Shown here: positions 34,956-46,733 of the stretch, piece by piece
Position numbering within the stretch: position 1 is the first letter of the stretch
Layout: each line of letters starts with the position of its first letter
Source of the DNA: Octopus sinensis
Taxonomy: Eukaryota
Direction of reading: 5' to 3'
Assembly (NCBI RefSeq): GCF_006345805.1
Contig: NC_043001.1
Coordinates: forward strand, 65,782,001 to 65,846,000
Length of the DNA stretch: 64,000 nt
The notes under the pieces: generated by a model
The model's database searches: none
The model's input: only the letters and a program-made list of their open reading frames with translations
What the model was told of the DNA's origin: nothing
Translations under genes and position numbers: made by a program

Positions 34956-36007
34956 TTGAGGGAATATTATTCCTAACTTAAAGGGAAAAATTCAATTTAG
35001 AAATACTAAATCAAATTTCACAAAATATAATATATATATACGGCAACAAGAAAATGGAGGGGATGAAGAGGTTTTATTCATCAACTTTTAGACATTATAT
35101 TATGTCTATTTATTTATTTAAAAAAAAACAATTATAATAATATACATACATTTATAACAGATTATGCTTTACTTATATCAAAATACCAGTAATTATTAAA
35201 ATATATAACGTAGAACATAGAAAGTAGAATAGTTTCTTACCCCACTTTACTTCCATCGCTTCAGTGAACTGAAGTATTTGGTATATAAAATTAAGGTACT
35301 TGTGTTTGCCTCTGGGCTTCGTCAGAAAGTTTAGAAAGATCATAAGGTTAAGTTATGAATATAAATACATACATATATACACACTTTTACATATACATAT
35401 ATATACATAAATATACATCAATACATATCCATATATTTATATATATGTATATGCATACAGCGGAATCAATTATTATTATTAGGTGTATTATATTATTCTT
35501 ATATATATATATATGTATGTGTTCATGTGTATGTATGTATGTATGTATGTATGTATGTATGTATGTATGTATGTATGTATGTACGTATGTATGTGCGCAT
35601 ATATTTGTACCACGTCTGATCAAAAAGTATCGGAATTTGCACCAGAAAAAGAAAACTACTACATATTCTTAATATATGTACATATGTATTTATGTGTTTT
35701 TTAGATTTTTTCATCCATATTTTGATGCATGTTCGCTGTGTGCCCTAAGTAGTTTTTATGCAAGTAATTGCGTAAAATCTTAAAAACATCAATTTTAACT
35801 TCAAATCCATTTGTTCCTTTAATTTGGACACCTTTCAGTCACTCTCTTTCTTGTCTTTAGAACTTCATGGAATTTTCTGTCCTTATTCCTCGCTTTCATT
35901 CCATTTCTGTGACAACCACTTTTTGTTGAATGACAAAATAATCAGAGTTGCGACCTGGGTTAAATTCGAAAGTTTCTTCAATGATGCGATATGTTTTCCC
36001 ATTTTCC

Positions 36008-36188
36008 AAACTTGAAGTCGTCGGTGCACAAATCGGAAGTCGTTGATGCAAAAGCCAGAAGTTGTCGGTCCACAAACCGGAAGTCATCGGTACACAAACT
36101 GGGAGCTGTCGTTGCACAAACCGGAAGTGGTCGATGCACAAACCAGAAGTCGTCAGTGTACAAACCGGAAGCCGTCGCTGTACAAACC
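36008..36188. repeat. Diverged minisatellite, about 8 units of 22 bp (consensus AAACCGGAAGTCGTCGGTGCAC)
   Basis: Direct reading; the translation shifts frame each unit, consistent with a 22-nt period. Confidence 0.85.
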
Positions 36189-36219
36189 AAATATTTCTTA
36201 ATATTATCCCCACACCCTA

Positions 36220-36450
36220 GAAGGCGGCGAGCCGGCAAAATCGTTAGCACGCCGGGCATAATGATTAGCATTTTCCACCCCGATCAAAATGCATTTCGTC
36301 CGTCTTCACGTTCTGGGTTCAAATTCCGCTGAGGTCGACTTTGCATTTCATCCTTCGGAGTTGATAAAATAAGTTCCAGTTGAGAACTGGGGTCGATAGA
36401 ACTGACTAGCCGCCTCCTACAAAATTGCTGGCGTTGTGTCAAAATTTGAA
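36220..36450 (+). mobile_element. tRNA-derived SINE (family 2)
   Basis: GAAGGCGGCGAGCCGGCAAAATCGTTAGCACGCC head; B-box GGGTTCAAATTCC; 3' GGCGTTGTGTCAAAATTTGAAGCC. Confidence 0.85.
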
Positions 36451-36555
36451 GCCAATATTATCCTCACTCCCTTTCAAGGGGCGACAAGCTAGAACCGTTG
36501 CTGTGGTGGACAAAATGCTTAGCAGCATTTCTTCCAATCTTACATTCTGAATTCA

Positions 36556-38035
36556 CATCTGCGAGCCCTTAACACGACTATTCAATATGTCATTGGCGAC
36601 GGGTGTTATACCTGCAGACTGGAGAACAGCGATAATCTGCCCAATTTTCAAGAAAGGGAGTCGCGAAGACCCGCTTAACTACCGACCGGTTTCCCTTACA
36701 TCAATAATCAGCAAGATGTTCGAAACCATCCTTAAGAAAAGTATGATGCTCCACCTCCTAAACACAGCCTCTATCTCTGATTCCCAACACGGCTTCGTGC
36801 CGAAGAGATCATGCTTGACCAACTTACTAGTAATGGAAGAATTGGTGACGCGCATCCTCGATGATAGTGATGCTGTTGACATCGTTTTACTAGACTTTGC
36901 CAAAGCTTTTGACTCGGTAAACCACCGCCTATTACTTGTCAAGCTTCAAGCATATAGTTTCCATCCGGATATTGTACGATGGGTTGGTGCCTTCCTCTCA
37001 GATCGCTCCTTCCAAGTCCAAGTTAATGGTTCGCGGTCCGACGTCTCCAGTGCGAGCAGTGGCGTGCCTCAAGGTTCAGTGCTTGGGCCCTTGTTGTTCT
37101 TAGTCTTCATAAATGACTTGCCCGACGACCTCACGCAACACACCCTTCTATTTGCCGACGATATCAAACTGGTCGCTCCTCGCGGTAATATAGAGGATCT
37201 TCGTCGATGCCTCCACCAAATTTGGAAGTGGTCTAACGATTGGGACCTGTGTCTGAACGTGTCAAAGTGCTCTCATCTGCCTGTCGGCTCTACTCCTGCA
37301 ACTCAACTTGATTTCGAACCGGGTCGTCTGCTGCTGGAGAGGACCGATCAGGTAAAGGACCTAGGTATCTTGGTGGATTCCTCCTTTTCGCCTTCGGCTC
37401 AGTGCGTCCATGCTGCCAACAAAGCACGCGGAATTCTGTTCTTGATTCGACAGTCATTCGGAATGCTCACAGCAGCCATATTCCTACCACTCTGTGTCAC
37501 GCTGGTGAGACCCATATTGGAGTATGGGATTCAAGCCTCTTCTCCTTATCTCCTCAAAGACATACAGCATCTCGAAAGAGTCCAGAAGCTGGCTACCCGC
37601 ATGGTTCATGGTCTCAAAAATTTGTCCTACGAAGAAAGGCTGAGGACGCTCGACCTTTATTCTCTTGAAAAACGCCGCCGCCGTGGTGATCTCATTCTCG
37701 CCCACAACATCATAAGCGGAAAGTGTAACCTCTCGAAAGAGCTGTTCTTCACTCCTGCTCCAGAGCGTCGGCTGCGGGGTCATTTCGAAAAGCTCTACCT
37801 GCGACGATTTCATCTCAATCGAAGGAGAGGAGCTTTCTCCGTCCGGGTTGCGGATCCGTGGAACAAGCTGCCAGACGAGATGGTGAAGATGCCGACAACC
37901 GCTTTGTTCAAAGCCTCCCGGGACCTCAAGTGGCCTGAACTCTTTACATGAACACCACCCTGTACTTAACTCCATGTCCCCCTACATGGCCTTGCTATTT
38001 GCTTTTGAGCCAAATTAACTAACTAACTAACTAAC
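36556..38035 (+). mobile_element. 5'-truncated young CR1-like LINE with (TAAC)n tail, inserted into a family-2 SINE
   Basis: SINE halves at about 36488-36555 and 38036-38165; ACAT at both junctions; near-identical to 61699-63170. Confidence 0.9.
36587..37951 (+). CDS. Uninterrupted CR1-like RT domain and C-terminus (454 aa, 5'-truncated)
   Basis: [48 protein letters not shown]. Confidence 0.92.
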   Translation: MSLATGVIPADWRTAIICPIFKKGSREDPLNYRPVSLTSIISKMFETILKKSMMLHLLNTASISDSQHGFVPKRSCLTNLLVMEELVTRILDDSDAVDIVLLDFAKAFDSVNHRLLLVKLQAYSFHPDIVRWVGAFLSDRSFQVQVNGSRSDVSSASSGVPQGSVLGPLLFLVFINDLPDDLTQHTLLFADDIKLVAPRGNIEDLRRCLHQIWKWSNDWDLCLNVSKCSHLPVGSTPATQLDFEPGRLLLERTDQVKDLGILVDSSFSPSAQCVHAANKARGILFLIRQSFGMLTAAIFLPLCVTLVRPILEYGIQASSPYLLKDIQHLERVQKLATRMVHGLKNLSYEERLRTLDLYSLEKRRRRGDLILAHNIISGKCNLSKELFFTPAPERRLRGHFEKLYLRRFHLNRRRGAFSVRVADPWNKLPDEMVKMPTTALFKASRDLKWPELFT

Positions 38036-39734
38036 ATTCCGATGGGGCTATCTATGCTTTTCACTTTTTCGGACTCGACAAAATAACTATCAGTCGAGTA
38101 CCGGAGTCAATAGTATCGACTAGTCTCTCCTCCAAAAATGTCACTTCTTGTATCTACAATAGAGAAGGGGAAAATAGTACCGTCCTGATTTTTATTTATT
38201 TCTTCAGCGTAGAGAAATATTAATGAATGAAACTTCATCATGTACAACACTCAGTCGACCTTCATACCACTAGTACTTTACGTTATTTTAGCTCTCCTTT
38301 TCGTTATTTTGTTCAAACTGTATAATGTCCAGATGTAATTACATCGGTAACACATAATACCAACAGAGAAATCAATCGAGAAAAACTGTCTTCTCATATC
38401 TTTTGATCACGTGATATCTTGTGGTCACCTGATACAATGTGTCCGACTGATTTACATATCCGTTCCGTCTTTTTCGCCTCTCTTTCACACATACACGCGC
38501 GCGTACATTAAGTATACCTATGTTCGAACTATACTGTGTGTGTGTGTGTATCTGTGCGTGTGTGTTTTTAATGATTTTATCGGAAGGGAAAATGTTGTAC
38601 TCCAAGCAGTGAATTGTTCCAAATGCTTGCAACGGAGTGAATTGCCCTAAATGTACTCAAGGGAGAAGGTGTGCAGTTGTTCAAAGGTTGACAACTGAGT
38701 GGACTCCATGAAAGGTACTAAGGAGCAAATGGGAATACTAAATTGGGTGACCACAAAATGAACCCTAGTAAGGGCCCATAAGACCTTGGTAACAATGATA
38801 AACCTTGTGACAACAGAGTGGACTCCACAGAGTTTCCCAAGGACCAGGTAGTGACAAATTAAGTCTGCAATCTAAGAGCAAAAGCAGTACCTCCAATCGA
38901 CTTCCACACTTCCCGTCTACCAAATTCCTTCTCACAAAGATTTGATCGACCCAAGGCTATGGTATTACACAAGATATTGCGACATAGTCTGGAACTGGAA
39001 ACCAAGGAGCTGCAAAACGATCTTAACAACACAGCAATGACTGTACCCACATTAGCAATGAGAGCGATAAACAACATAATGTGACCATCTTTAGTACTTT
39101 TATGTCCACATGCCTGATAGCTAGCTTCAATACTATAGATATGGTCAGACCTTTTATATTGTTTTAAGAGTGAATTATCATGCATCGTGTGACCTGGTTC
39201 AATCTTTATATGGATTTTGAAAAATTTTAAACTTGGAAAAATATGTTTGGTGAATTTGTATTTTCCTTATTGCTTCTCTAACTGCATAGAAACCTTATTT
39301 TCTAGAGAGTTATTTTAGTGGCCTGGGTGAGGGTGTTGAGGGTATTTAGCCCCAGATCAAATCTGATCCAGTAGATATAGTTAAATTCATTCCAGCTAGT
39401 ATTATCCCGCCGATTTATTGATGTACAGGAATCTATTATTTAATAAATTCAATTCATAGGTATTGACGTACCTAATTTTGTCTGTAACATGTTGACCTGA
39501 GAGGGAAATTCAGAAAGAGCTAAAACATTATTATGTCAATGTCATTAAATACCAGTGGTGCGATTTAATCACAAAATATATTTTAAAGCCAACACAATGG
39601 CTTGCTTTGTCTTTTTGCATTAAATTTGAGTAGTTCAGCTTCATCTTTCATCGTCTCTTCCATGAAAAAGATTCCAGTAATAATGTTGTGCATAATGAAA
39701 ATAAATTAACATATATGTTATGTTCGTAACTTAC

Positions 39735-39765
39735 CTGAATGCGTGCGCATAACCGGTACACTAAA
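39735..39765 (-). CDS. Candidate 31-nt host micro-exon B (T|LVYRLCARIQ)
   Basis: Acceptor ATTCTTACAG, perfect donor CAG|GTAAGT; phase-2 entry and phase-0 exit are compatible with exons A and C. Confidence 0.5.
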
Positions 39766-40633
39766 CTGTAAGAATCGTGTAGGCTATTTAACATAAAATA
39801 TTTTGGGAATTCGGGGAAGAAAGTGAGTTACAATCTAAACACTCACCAGTTATTATTAACACTGATACTACCTCAACCTTGCTAGATATGTTTTGCTTTC
39901 TTTCATTTTATCATTTATTTCAACTGATGAATCATAAGCAATATTGAAAGTAGGCTCCCCTTACAAATACCATATCAGAGGGATTAACAAATACGAATAA
40001 CAATTATACTACAATTATAATCTCATAAAACAATATTTATAAAGATAATCCAGTCACAAAAGATTTATTATTACTCAAGTGTTGCTTGAAACAACATTAA
40101 TGAACTTGAAGATACTTTACTGATGGAGGCATGGTTACACTAACATTAATAAACCTTAATATTTTAATGAGATACGTTTATTTGTTACATTATATACAAT
40201 ATTAACTAGTGATAAAGCAACCGTCGAAGCGAAAGACAGGGGAAATTTTGGAAGGTCGAACTGGATGTTTCGTGGTATGTGTTCCATCTATGACATTATA
40301 AATTAAAATCTTTCTTTGGCCTACATGCATGGTGGACTTAACCTGTCACTCAGCTGCTCACCCAACTGGTCTTTGGGTTTCTATAGCAAACACTATCCTT
40401 TTGTCTACAATTTAATGATTTATCTCACAAGTCTCGGGAGCTCTCTATAGAGCAAAGTCAATTACCTTTCCCTCCTGGCTAAGCAATAATACGTGTATAA
40501 GTATGTGTATGCATACACACTTGCACACATACCTACGTACATCCATCCATCCATCCATCCATCCATCCATCCATCCATACATACATACATACATACATAC
40601 ATACATACATACATACATACATACATACATACA

Positions 40634-40664
<31 letters not shown>

Positions 40665-40896
40665 CCCTCTAGCATAAAATTCAAGTCGCGAGACGTATTA
40701 AGTTTAGAGAGCCTCTTGTGTGTGTGTGTAATTAATTATTTGTGGGATTCATTTGAATCAAATGAGACGGTCAATGTACATTCCACATCTTTGTATTTTT
40801 CATGACGTAATCAAATTATCCATCAACGAAAAAAACACGTCTGAAACAGCTATAGTGAACACAAATGGATAACATTTGTTATCTTTCTTTATATAC

Positions 40897-41010
40897 AGCC
40901 GCAGGCGTAGCTGTGTCGTAAGAAGCTTGCTTTCCAACCACATGGTTCTGGGTTCAGTCCTACTGTATGACACCTTAGGTAAGTGTCTTCTACTATACCC
41001 TCTAGCAGAC
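40897..41010 (+). mobile_element. 5' part of a family-1 SINE
   Basis: Matches 3327-3440 including A and B boxes. Confidence 0.8.
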
Positions 41011-41017
41011 CTGCCCT

Positions 41018-41051
<34 letters not shown>

Positions 41052-41077
41052 ATATATTATATATATGTCGATATATA

Positions 41078-41108
<31 letters not shown>

Positions 41109-41157
41109 GTCGATATATATGCTTTATATACATATATATATATATGTCTATATATAT

Positions 41158-41233
<76 letters not shown>

Positions 41234-41269
41234 CATAAAGAAGAAATATGCCCTAATAGAGTGGAACTG

Positions 41270-42690
41270 TAGTTGGTGTGGCGCGCGGACATTTACAAGG
41301 CTAAAGCTCTCTGCCGACTTCAAGACATCTCCTTCTATTGCCCTCTGCCTTCCAACCCCAAGTCTAATTACCAACAGAGTGTCCTCTACTATTCATGACC
41401 TCATTTCATCCTCTTGTCTCCCTCCCACCGCCTGCAACCTCATTGTCTGTACTCCACGCATACCCACTATTTACTTCCTTTCCCATATCCATAAGCCCTA
41501 CAACTCTGACCACCCTGTCGTCTCCGCCTGCAACTGCTCCACGGAAATGATTTCCAAATACCTCGATCATGTCCTTTCCCCGCTAGTGGCTCCCCCTACA
41601 TTCACGACACCAACTATGCTTTCTCCTTCCTTTCTGACCCCTCTCAACTTCTGTTCACTCTCTTCATATCAACAGTTTATATACAGTGGACTTCTTGCGC
41701 TTAAGCACTTGCTAGAGCTTCGACTGACCATTAACCTGACACCTCCACACTTATTTCGTCTGGCCAAACTTGTCCTCTCCCTCAATTGCTTCACGTTCAC
41801 GGGCAAGTTTTTACCAACAAATCTCGGGAGTGGTCGCGGGAAGGAGAATAGGCTCCAACTGTGCCAACCTGTTCGTTGGCAACGTTGAGGCCCAAGTATT
41901 CTCACAATTCGTCCCACTCACGAGCTATACAGTCGTTATATCGATGACTGTATCGGCGTGACATCACTCCCCCGCAAACAACTGGACTCCTTCTCCCCCT
42001 CTGTCCAATCTTTCCATCCTGTTCTCGAATTCTCCTGCACTGTCTCTACCTCTTCTGTCGAATTTCACGACATTTCTGTCAGCATCCACTACTCCACTCC
42101 ATCCAAGGCAAACACACTGGCTCACGCTCCTGCCTTAACTTCTCTTCCTCCCACCCTACCCACACTAAGCTCTCCATCCTCAATTCCCAGTTCCTCCGTC
42201 TACGCAGGCTCTCCCGTGACGACCATAACTTTGAGACTCAGTCTCAACTTATTGCTCACCACTTCATCCTACGTTGATATCCCCTCACCATTATCCACAC
42301 TGCCCTTGCCAGGGCACGAGCTATGGATCGTGCTTCTGCTATATTTCTCCTCGTACCCACCTTACACTTACCCGTCTTTAGCTTCCCCTCACCTACCACT
42401 CTTCCAACCTATCCACCCAACACACCATTCTCTGACCCATGCAGCGACTCCAGTCCGACCCCTTCATCTCGCACATCTTCCCTGACCTACCATTTCCCTC
42501 CTTCAAACAAGCTCATAACTTGCGTGACTTCTTGGTCCACAGTTTTTTCCCTATCTCCGCCTCCTAGCCTGTCTCCTTTCCCTGCTCCCGCTCCCGCTGT
42601 CGCACCTACCCCACCTCTCCAACATCACCATTCTCACAGGCACCCATCACCGACTTCTTTACCTGCACCTCTATTAACGCCGTCATACAC
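41270..42690 (+). pseudogene. Degenerate Penelope-like retroelement (RT and start of the GIY-YIG region)
   Basis: [44 protein letters not shown] (cf. G.AMG...P.YANLF), RYIDDCIG at about 41934, SQFLRLRRL, FKQAHNLRDFLVHS, FPCSRSRCRTYP. Confidence 0.85.
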
Positions 42691-43097
42691 GCTCCTACAC
42701 TCACAAAAGCACATAATATCTGAACACAAACAACATATAGATATATACACGTACGCAACACGCATAAACACACGCAACACACATAGACAAAAATAACTTT
42801 TGCCCACATACACTATACACATGCACACTATTTAGCACAGTGACACAAACACACACGCCAAACTCACTCGCCCGCATTTACACATACACGCTTACACACT
42901 CACACGCACCATTCTCACATACATACACACGCTTGTACACCGCCTCTTGTTGGGACCACCATGAATAATCTCCCCTTCATTCAACCACTCTTTATTATTA
43001 TCTTCCTTTCATTCAACCACATTTTTTGCAATCACAGGCCATGTTGTACCACTGAGCTCAACACGTTTTTTCAATCTTTCTCTATATATTTTCGCTT

Positions 43098-43363
43098 ATT
43101 CCTTTCTGTCGGAGAGCGTAAGCTCGAAACGTAAAGGACTTTTCCATTTTTTCCGAGTGTCAAACTAATACACTTTCTTGTTGTCCTTACACCTCTTTTC
43201 GTCTTTGTCTTTTTATAAACTTGAACTATATATATATATGTAGTTCAATTTTATAAAAAAATAAGGACGAAAAGACGTGTAAGTACAAGAAAGTGTATTA
43301 GTTTGATGCTCGGTAAAAATGGAAAAGTCCTTTACGTTTCGAGCTTATGCTCTCCGACAGTAG

Positions 43364-43367
<4 letters not shown>
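43098..43367. repeat. Fold-back (inverted repeat) of a Penelope-type terminal segment centred on (TA)n
   Basis: About 110-bp arms plus inner TTGAACTA..TAGTTCAA palindrome; each arm has CTGTCGGA-GAG(C/T)-..-GCTC-GAAACGT. Confidence 0.8.
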
Positions 43368-43454
<87 letters not shown>

Positions 43455-43455
<1 letters not shown>

Positions 43456-43826
43456 CTAGCAGCTAAGCCCGGTTTCAACTGGTCTGCTTGAATTATGTGG
43501 CTGTGATCGTTTTCGGTTAGGCATAATCTACAACAGCATTTCTCAACCTTATCATTTCGGGTCCCCTGTTTCGATTGAAGCCTCCAGCTTTATGAAAATT
43601 TCCTGACTCCCCCACCTCCTTAGCAGAAAACAGCTTCGGGAGTTGTGAAGAATGAATTTGTACGTAGTCAGTTTCTCGAAGCTATTGTATTGGACCTCTG
43701 TCTAACCATTAAAACATCGATTTAATTATGAACATAGAAAGAAATAATACATTAATCCCTATTTTCGTAAGCAGTTGTATCCGTAAATATTAGCAGAGCA
43801 GAAATTAAAAGAAAATATATGAAATG

Positions 43827-43861
<35 letters not shown>

Positions 43862-44430
43862 ATGCGGCGTGCTCATCGTATAAAATTTCTACGCTAGTTG
43901 ATTTATAGAAAAGATTATATTAAATTTTTGAAATGCAAATATGTGAATGAAACTTAAGTTCAGACCTCTAAATGGTAGCTAGACCTGGTAGAAATAGCAG
44001 CCAAATTTCCCCCAAAACACCTACTATTTTAATCCGACAATTCTGCCTATTATGTAACTTGAATGAGAAACTGTAGCTAAAGATTAAGATTATTAACCTC
44101 ACAAAGAAGTGAAAGAAGAGGGACAGCATAGCGAAAGTTTTGGTTGACTGTCATCCTGTACTCCCCTTGTTGCTAGCGATATGGTATATGCCGGCTGTGT
44201 GAGCAACTGGTTGTTTTAATGGCGGAATAAACGGAAATTCCGTTAGAAAAGTTTTAATCAATTTTCTCGGTAAGTATGGGAGCTATGAAAAAACTACAAA
44301 TCGCATTCCAATTTTTGCACCCGTCTCCACATGTGTGCCATTTTTCATGCGAATCCACCCAGCCGTTTGGCTGTGAATTTCAAGACACGAAATAATACAA
44401 CGATCGTCCATGTCCAATTTATATTATACA
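43455..44430 (+). mobile_element. Helitron/HINE-like non-autonomous element (Lep1-like termini)
   Basis: Starts TACTAGCAGCTAAGCCCGGTTTC after (TA)n; ends AATCCACCCAGCCGTTTGGCTGTGAA...TTTATATTATAC. Termini recognised from recalled insect and mollusc HINE patterns. Confidence 0.5.
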
Positions 44431-44616
44431 CACACACATTCTTGACAGGAGACCGATAGAATAAGTACCATGACTGAAACAAGTAAAAGAATATATATAT
44501 ATATATATTGCAAGCAACTTACAGACACAAGTTCTACCAGTTGAAAGATCCATATATCAAATGTTAGCAAGTTTATAGAGTTATCAGGAGAGAATGCGCG
44601 CCGTTTCGGGGCCTAC

Positions 44617-44648
44617 CTCCGGAGGGCATCATTGCGCACCGGCTCCAT
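44617..44648 (-). CDS. Candidate first coding micro-exon A (MEPVRNDALR+AG); exon 44617-44651, ATG at 44648
   Basis: Acceptor TATATTTTAG|TGA ATG, donor GAG|GTAGGC; in-frame TGA directly before the ATG; CpG-rich; phase-2 exit. Confidence 0.4.
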
Positions 44649-45857
44649 TCACTAAAATATATGTGAAATATACATGTGAGTGTGTATGTATGTGTATGTG
44701 TGCACATGTGCATGTATGTATTCCGGTATGTATGTACGTAAGTATGCGTGTTTACATGTAGTATATGAATGTATAGCCAAGGAATTGTATTAGTCACTCG
44801 CATGCAAGTTTGAGTTGGAATCATGCACTAAGCTGTCGCTATCTATTACAGTTACCCATGTAGTCAAGAGGAGACGCAAAGACAAACGACACTCTCAGTC
44901 TTCCCATCCTTGATTCGGCGGAACATTCAAGTTGAGTGTGTATATGTATGTCTGAATGCATGTTTACACACATAAATATGTTTACACACATATGCATCCA
45001 TACATTCTATACTCAGGCACATATGTACGTTCATAATTGTAGGTATTACTGTACATTCAAATGCCAGAACTATAAATGCTATATAAATGCTCTTTCTCGA
45101 GAACTGCTAGAACTTGAGCTGGTCGAACCAGTTGTAAAATAAGCAACAGAATCGTGCTTATGTAGAATCGAGAATTCTTCGTGATCGTGGAATTTCTTAT
45201 GTTACTGTTAAGTACTTTAGATTTGTGTACATAGAAGGTTTATTGAAGTGCTTCCCTTCACATCTCCCGCAAAAGTGGAATTCTTTGCTCTGTGTCATTT
45301 TTAATTGGATGAATCAGGTGCTCGCTTTCTTTTCTTTAACTTAAAATATATTTTTGAGGTTAAGTTTTTCCGATGAATTGTGTTTTCTACAAATAATTTG
45401 TTTTAATTAATTGTGAATTCTAACTTAACTTACACAATTCCACCCAAAACTCCCCAAAAAGATTTGTATTGAACGGGATGTAGACCAACCAATGTCTATA
45501 ACTTAATGTCTTGTCAACTATATTTCCATTCACCTCTACACTACAAATACAAGTCACATGACGTTATCGTTAAGATCTCTCTTTCTCTCTTTCCCTCTCT
45601 CTCTCTCTCCCTCTCCATATATATATATATATATATAATACTTTTAAGGTGGTGCTCTAGCATGGCCGCAGTCAAATGACTGAAACAAATAAAAGAATAA
45701 AAGAATATATATATATACATATAATTAATTAATAAGGGTGAGAGAATTAGATACTAATTTAATAGTATATCTATTCAACACCAAGTGGCCCAGTGCCTCG
45801 AGAAACCTGGATTATTATAATATTTTGTAATATATTATAATATTTTATACAAAAATG

Positions 45858-46002
45858 AATATAAGAGAGTGGTCACTATATGGCTCACTCTAGCACTAGT
45901 AAATCCAAAAGGTTTCAACCACGACTTTCATGGGAAACATGTATTTTTGTGGTTGAAACCTTTTGGATTTACTAGTGCTAGAGTGAGCCACTCTCTTATA
46001 TT
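45858..46002. repeat. Perfect 42-bp inverted repeat (45881-45922 / 45949-45990) with a 12-bp outer extension
   Basis: Arms checked base by base; 26-nt loop. Confidence 0.92.
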
Positions 46003-46352
46003 TATTATTTATATATACATATATATATATATATAATAAAGTATCATTACTATTATTAATAATAATGATTAATATCTAGCAAGTTTAATCTATATAGGTA
46101 AAAATATACAAATAAATAATATATCTGTATGTGTGTATGTGTGTATGTATGTATGTATGTATGTATGCATGTATGTATCTATGTATGAATGTGTGTGTGT
46201 ATATATATATATATATATAATATGCACCAGAATATAATACGTTGCATTCACCGAGCGTGTTCACTAATAGCGAGAAATTTGTGGTTTTGCAATATTAACT
46301 CGTCTTTCTAGCAAGTGGTATTCAGGTACACTAAAAAGTCATATATATATAT

Positions 46353-46457
<105 letters not shown>

Positions 46458-46543
46458 ATAAATACATGCATACATACATACTTATTATATGTATACATAT
46501 ATATATATATATACATACATACAAACATAGATACATACATACA

Positions 46544-46574
<31 letters not shown>

Positions 46575-46684
46575 TTACTAATAGCGATAAGGTCGATCAT
46601 TCGATCATGGGATAATATATATCACACGCTACGGAGACTAGTAGATTAAATTCATTGTAGTGTTCATTGCAGCCACCGTCGCCC

Positions 46685-46732
<48 letters not shown>

Positions 46733-46733
<1 letters not shown>

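Noticed and set aside
35606-35645. Tc1/mariner-like TIR (CACGTCTGATCAAAAAGTATCGGAATTT)
   Set aside because: No matching second TIR or transposase found.
36008-36188. CRISPR-like array, or the 113-aa ORF 35991..36332 as a gene
   Set aside because: Units are contiguous and diverged with no spacers; the 22-nt period shifts frame; the ORF runs into a SINE.
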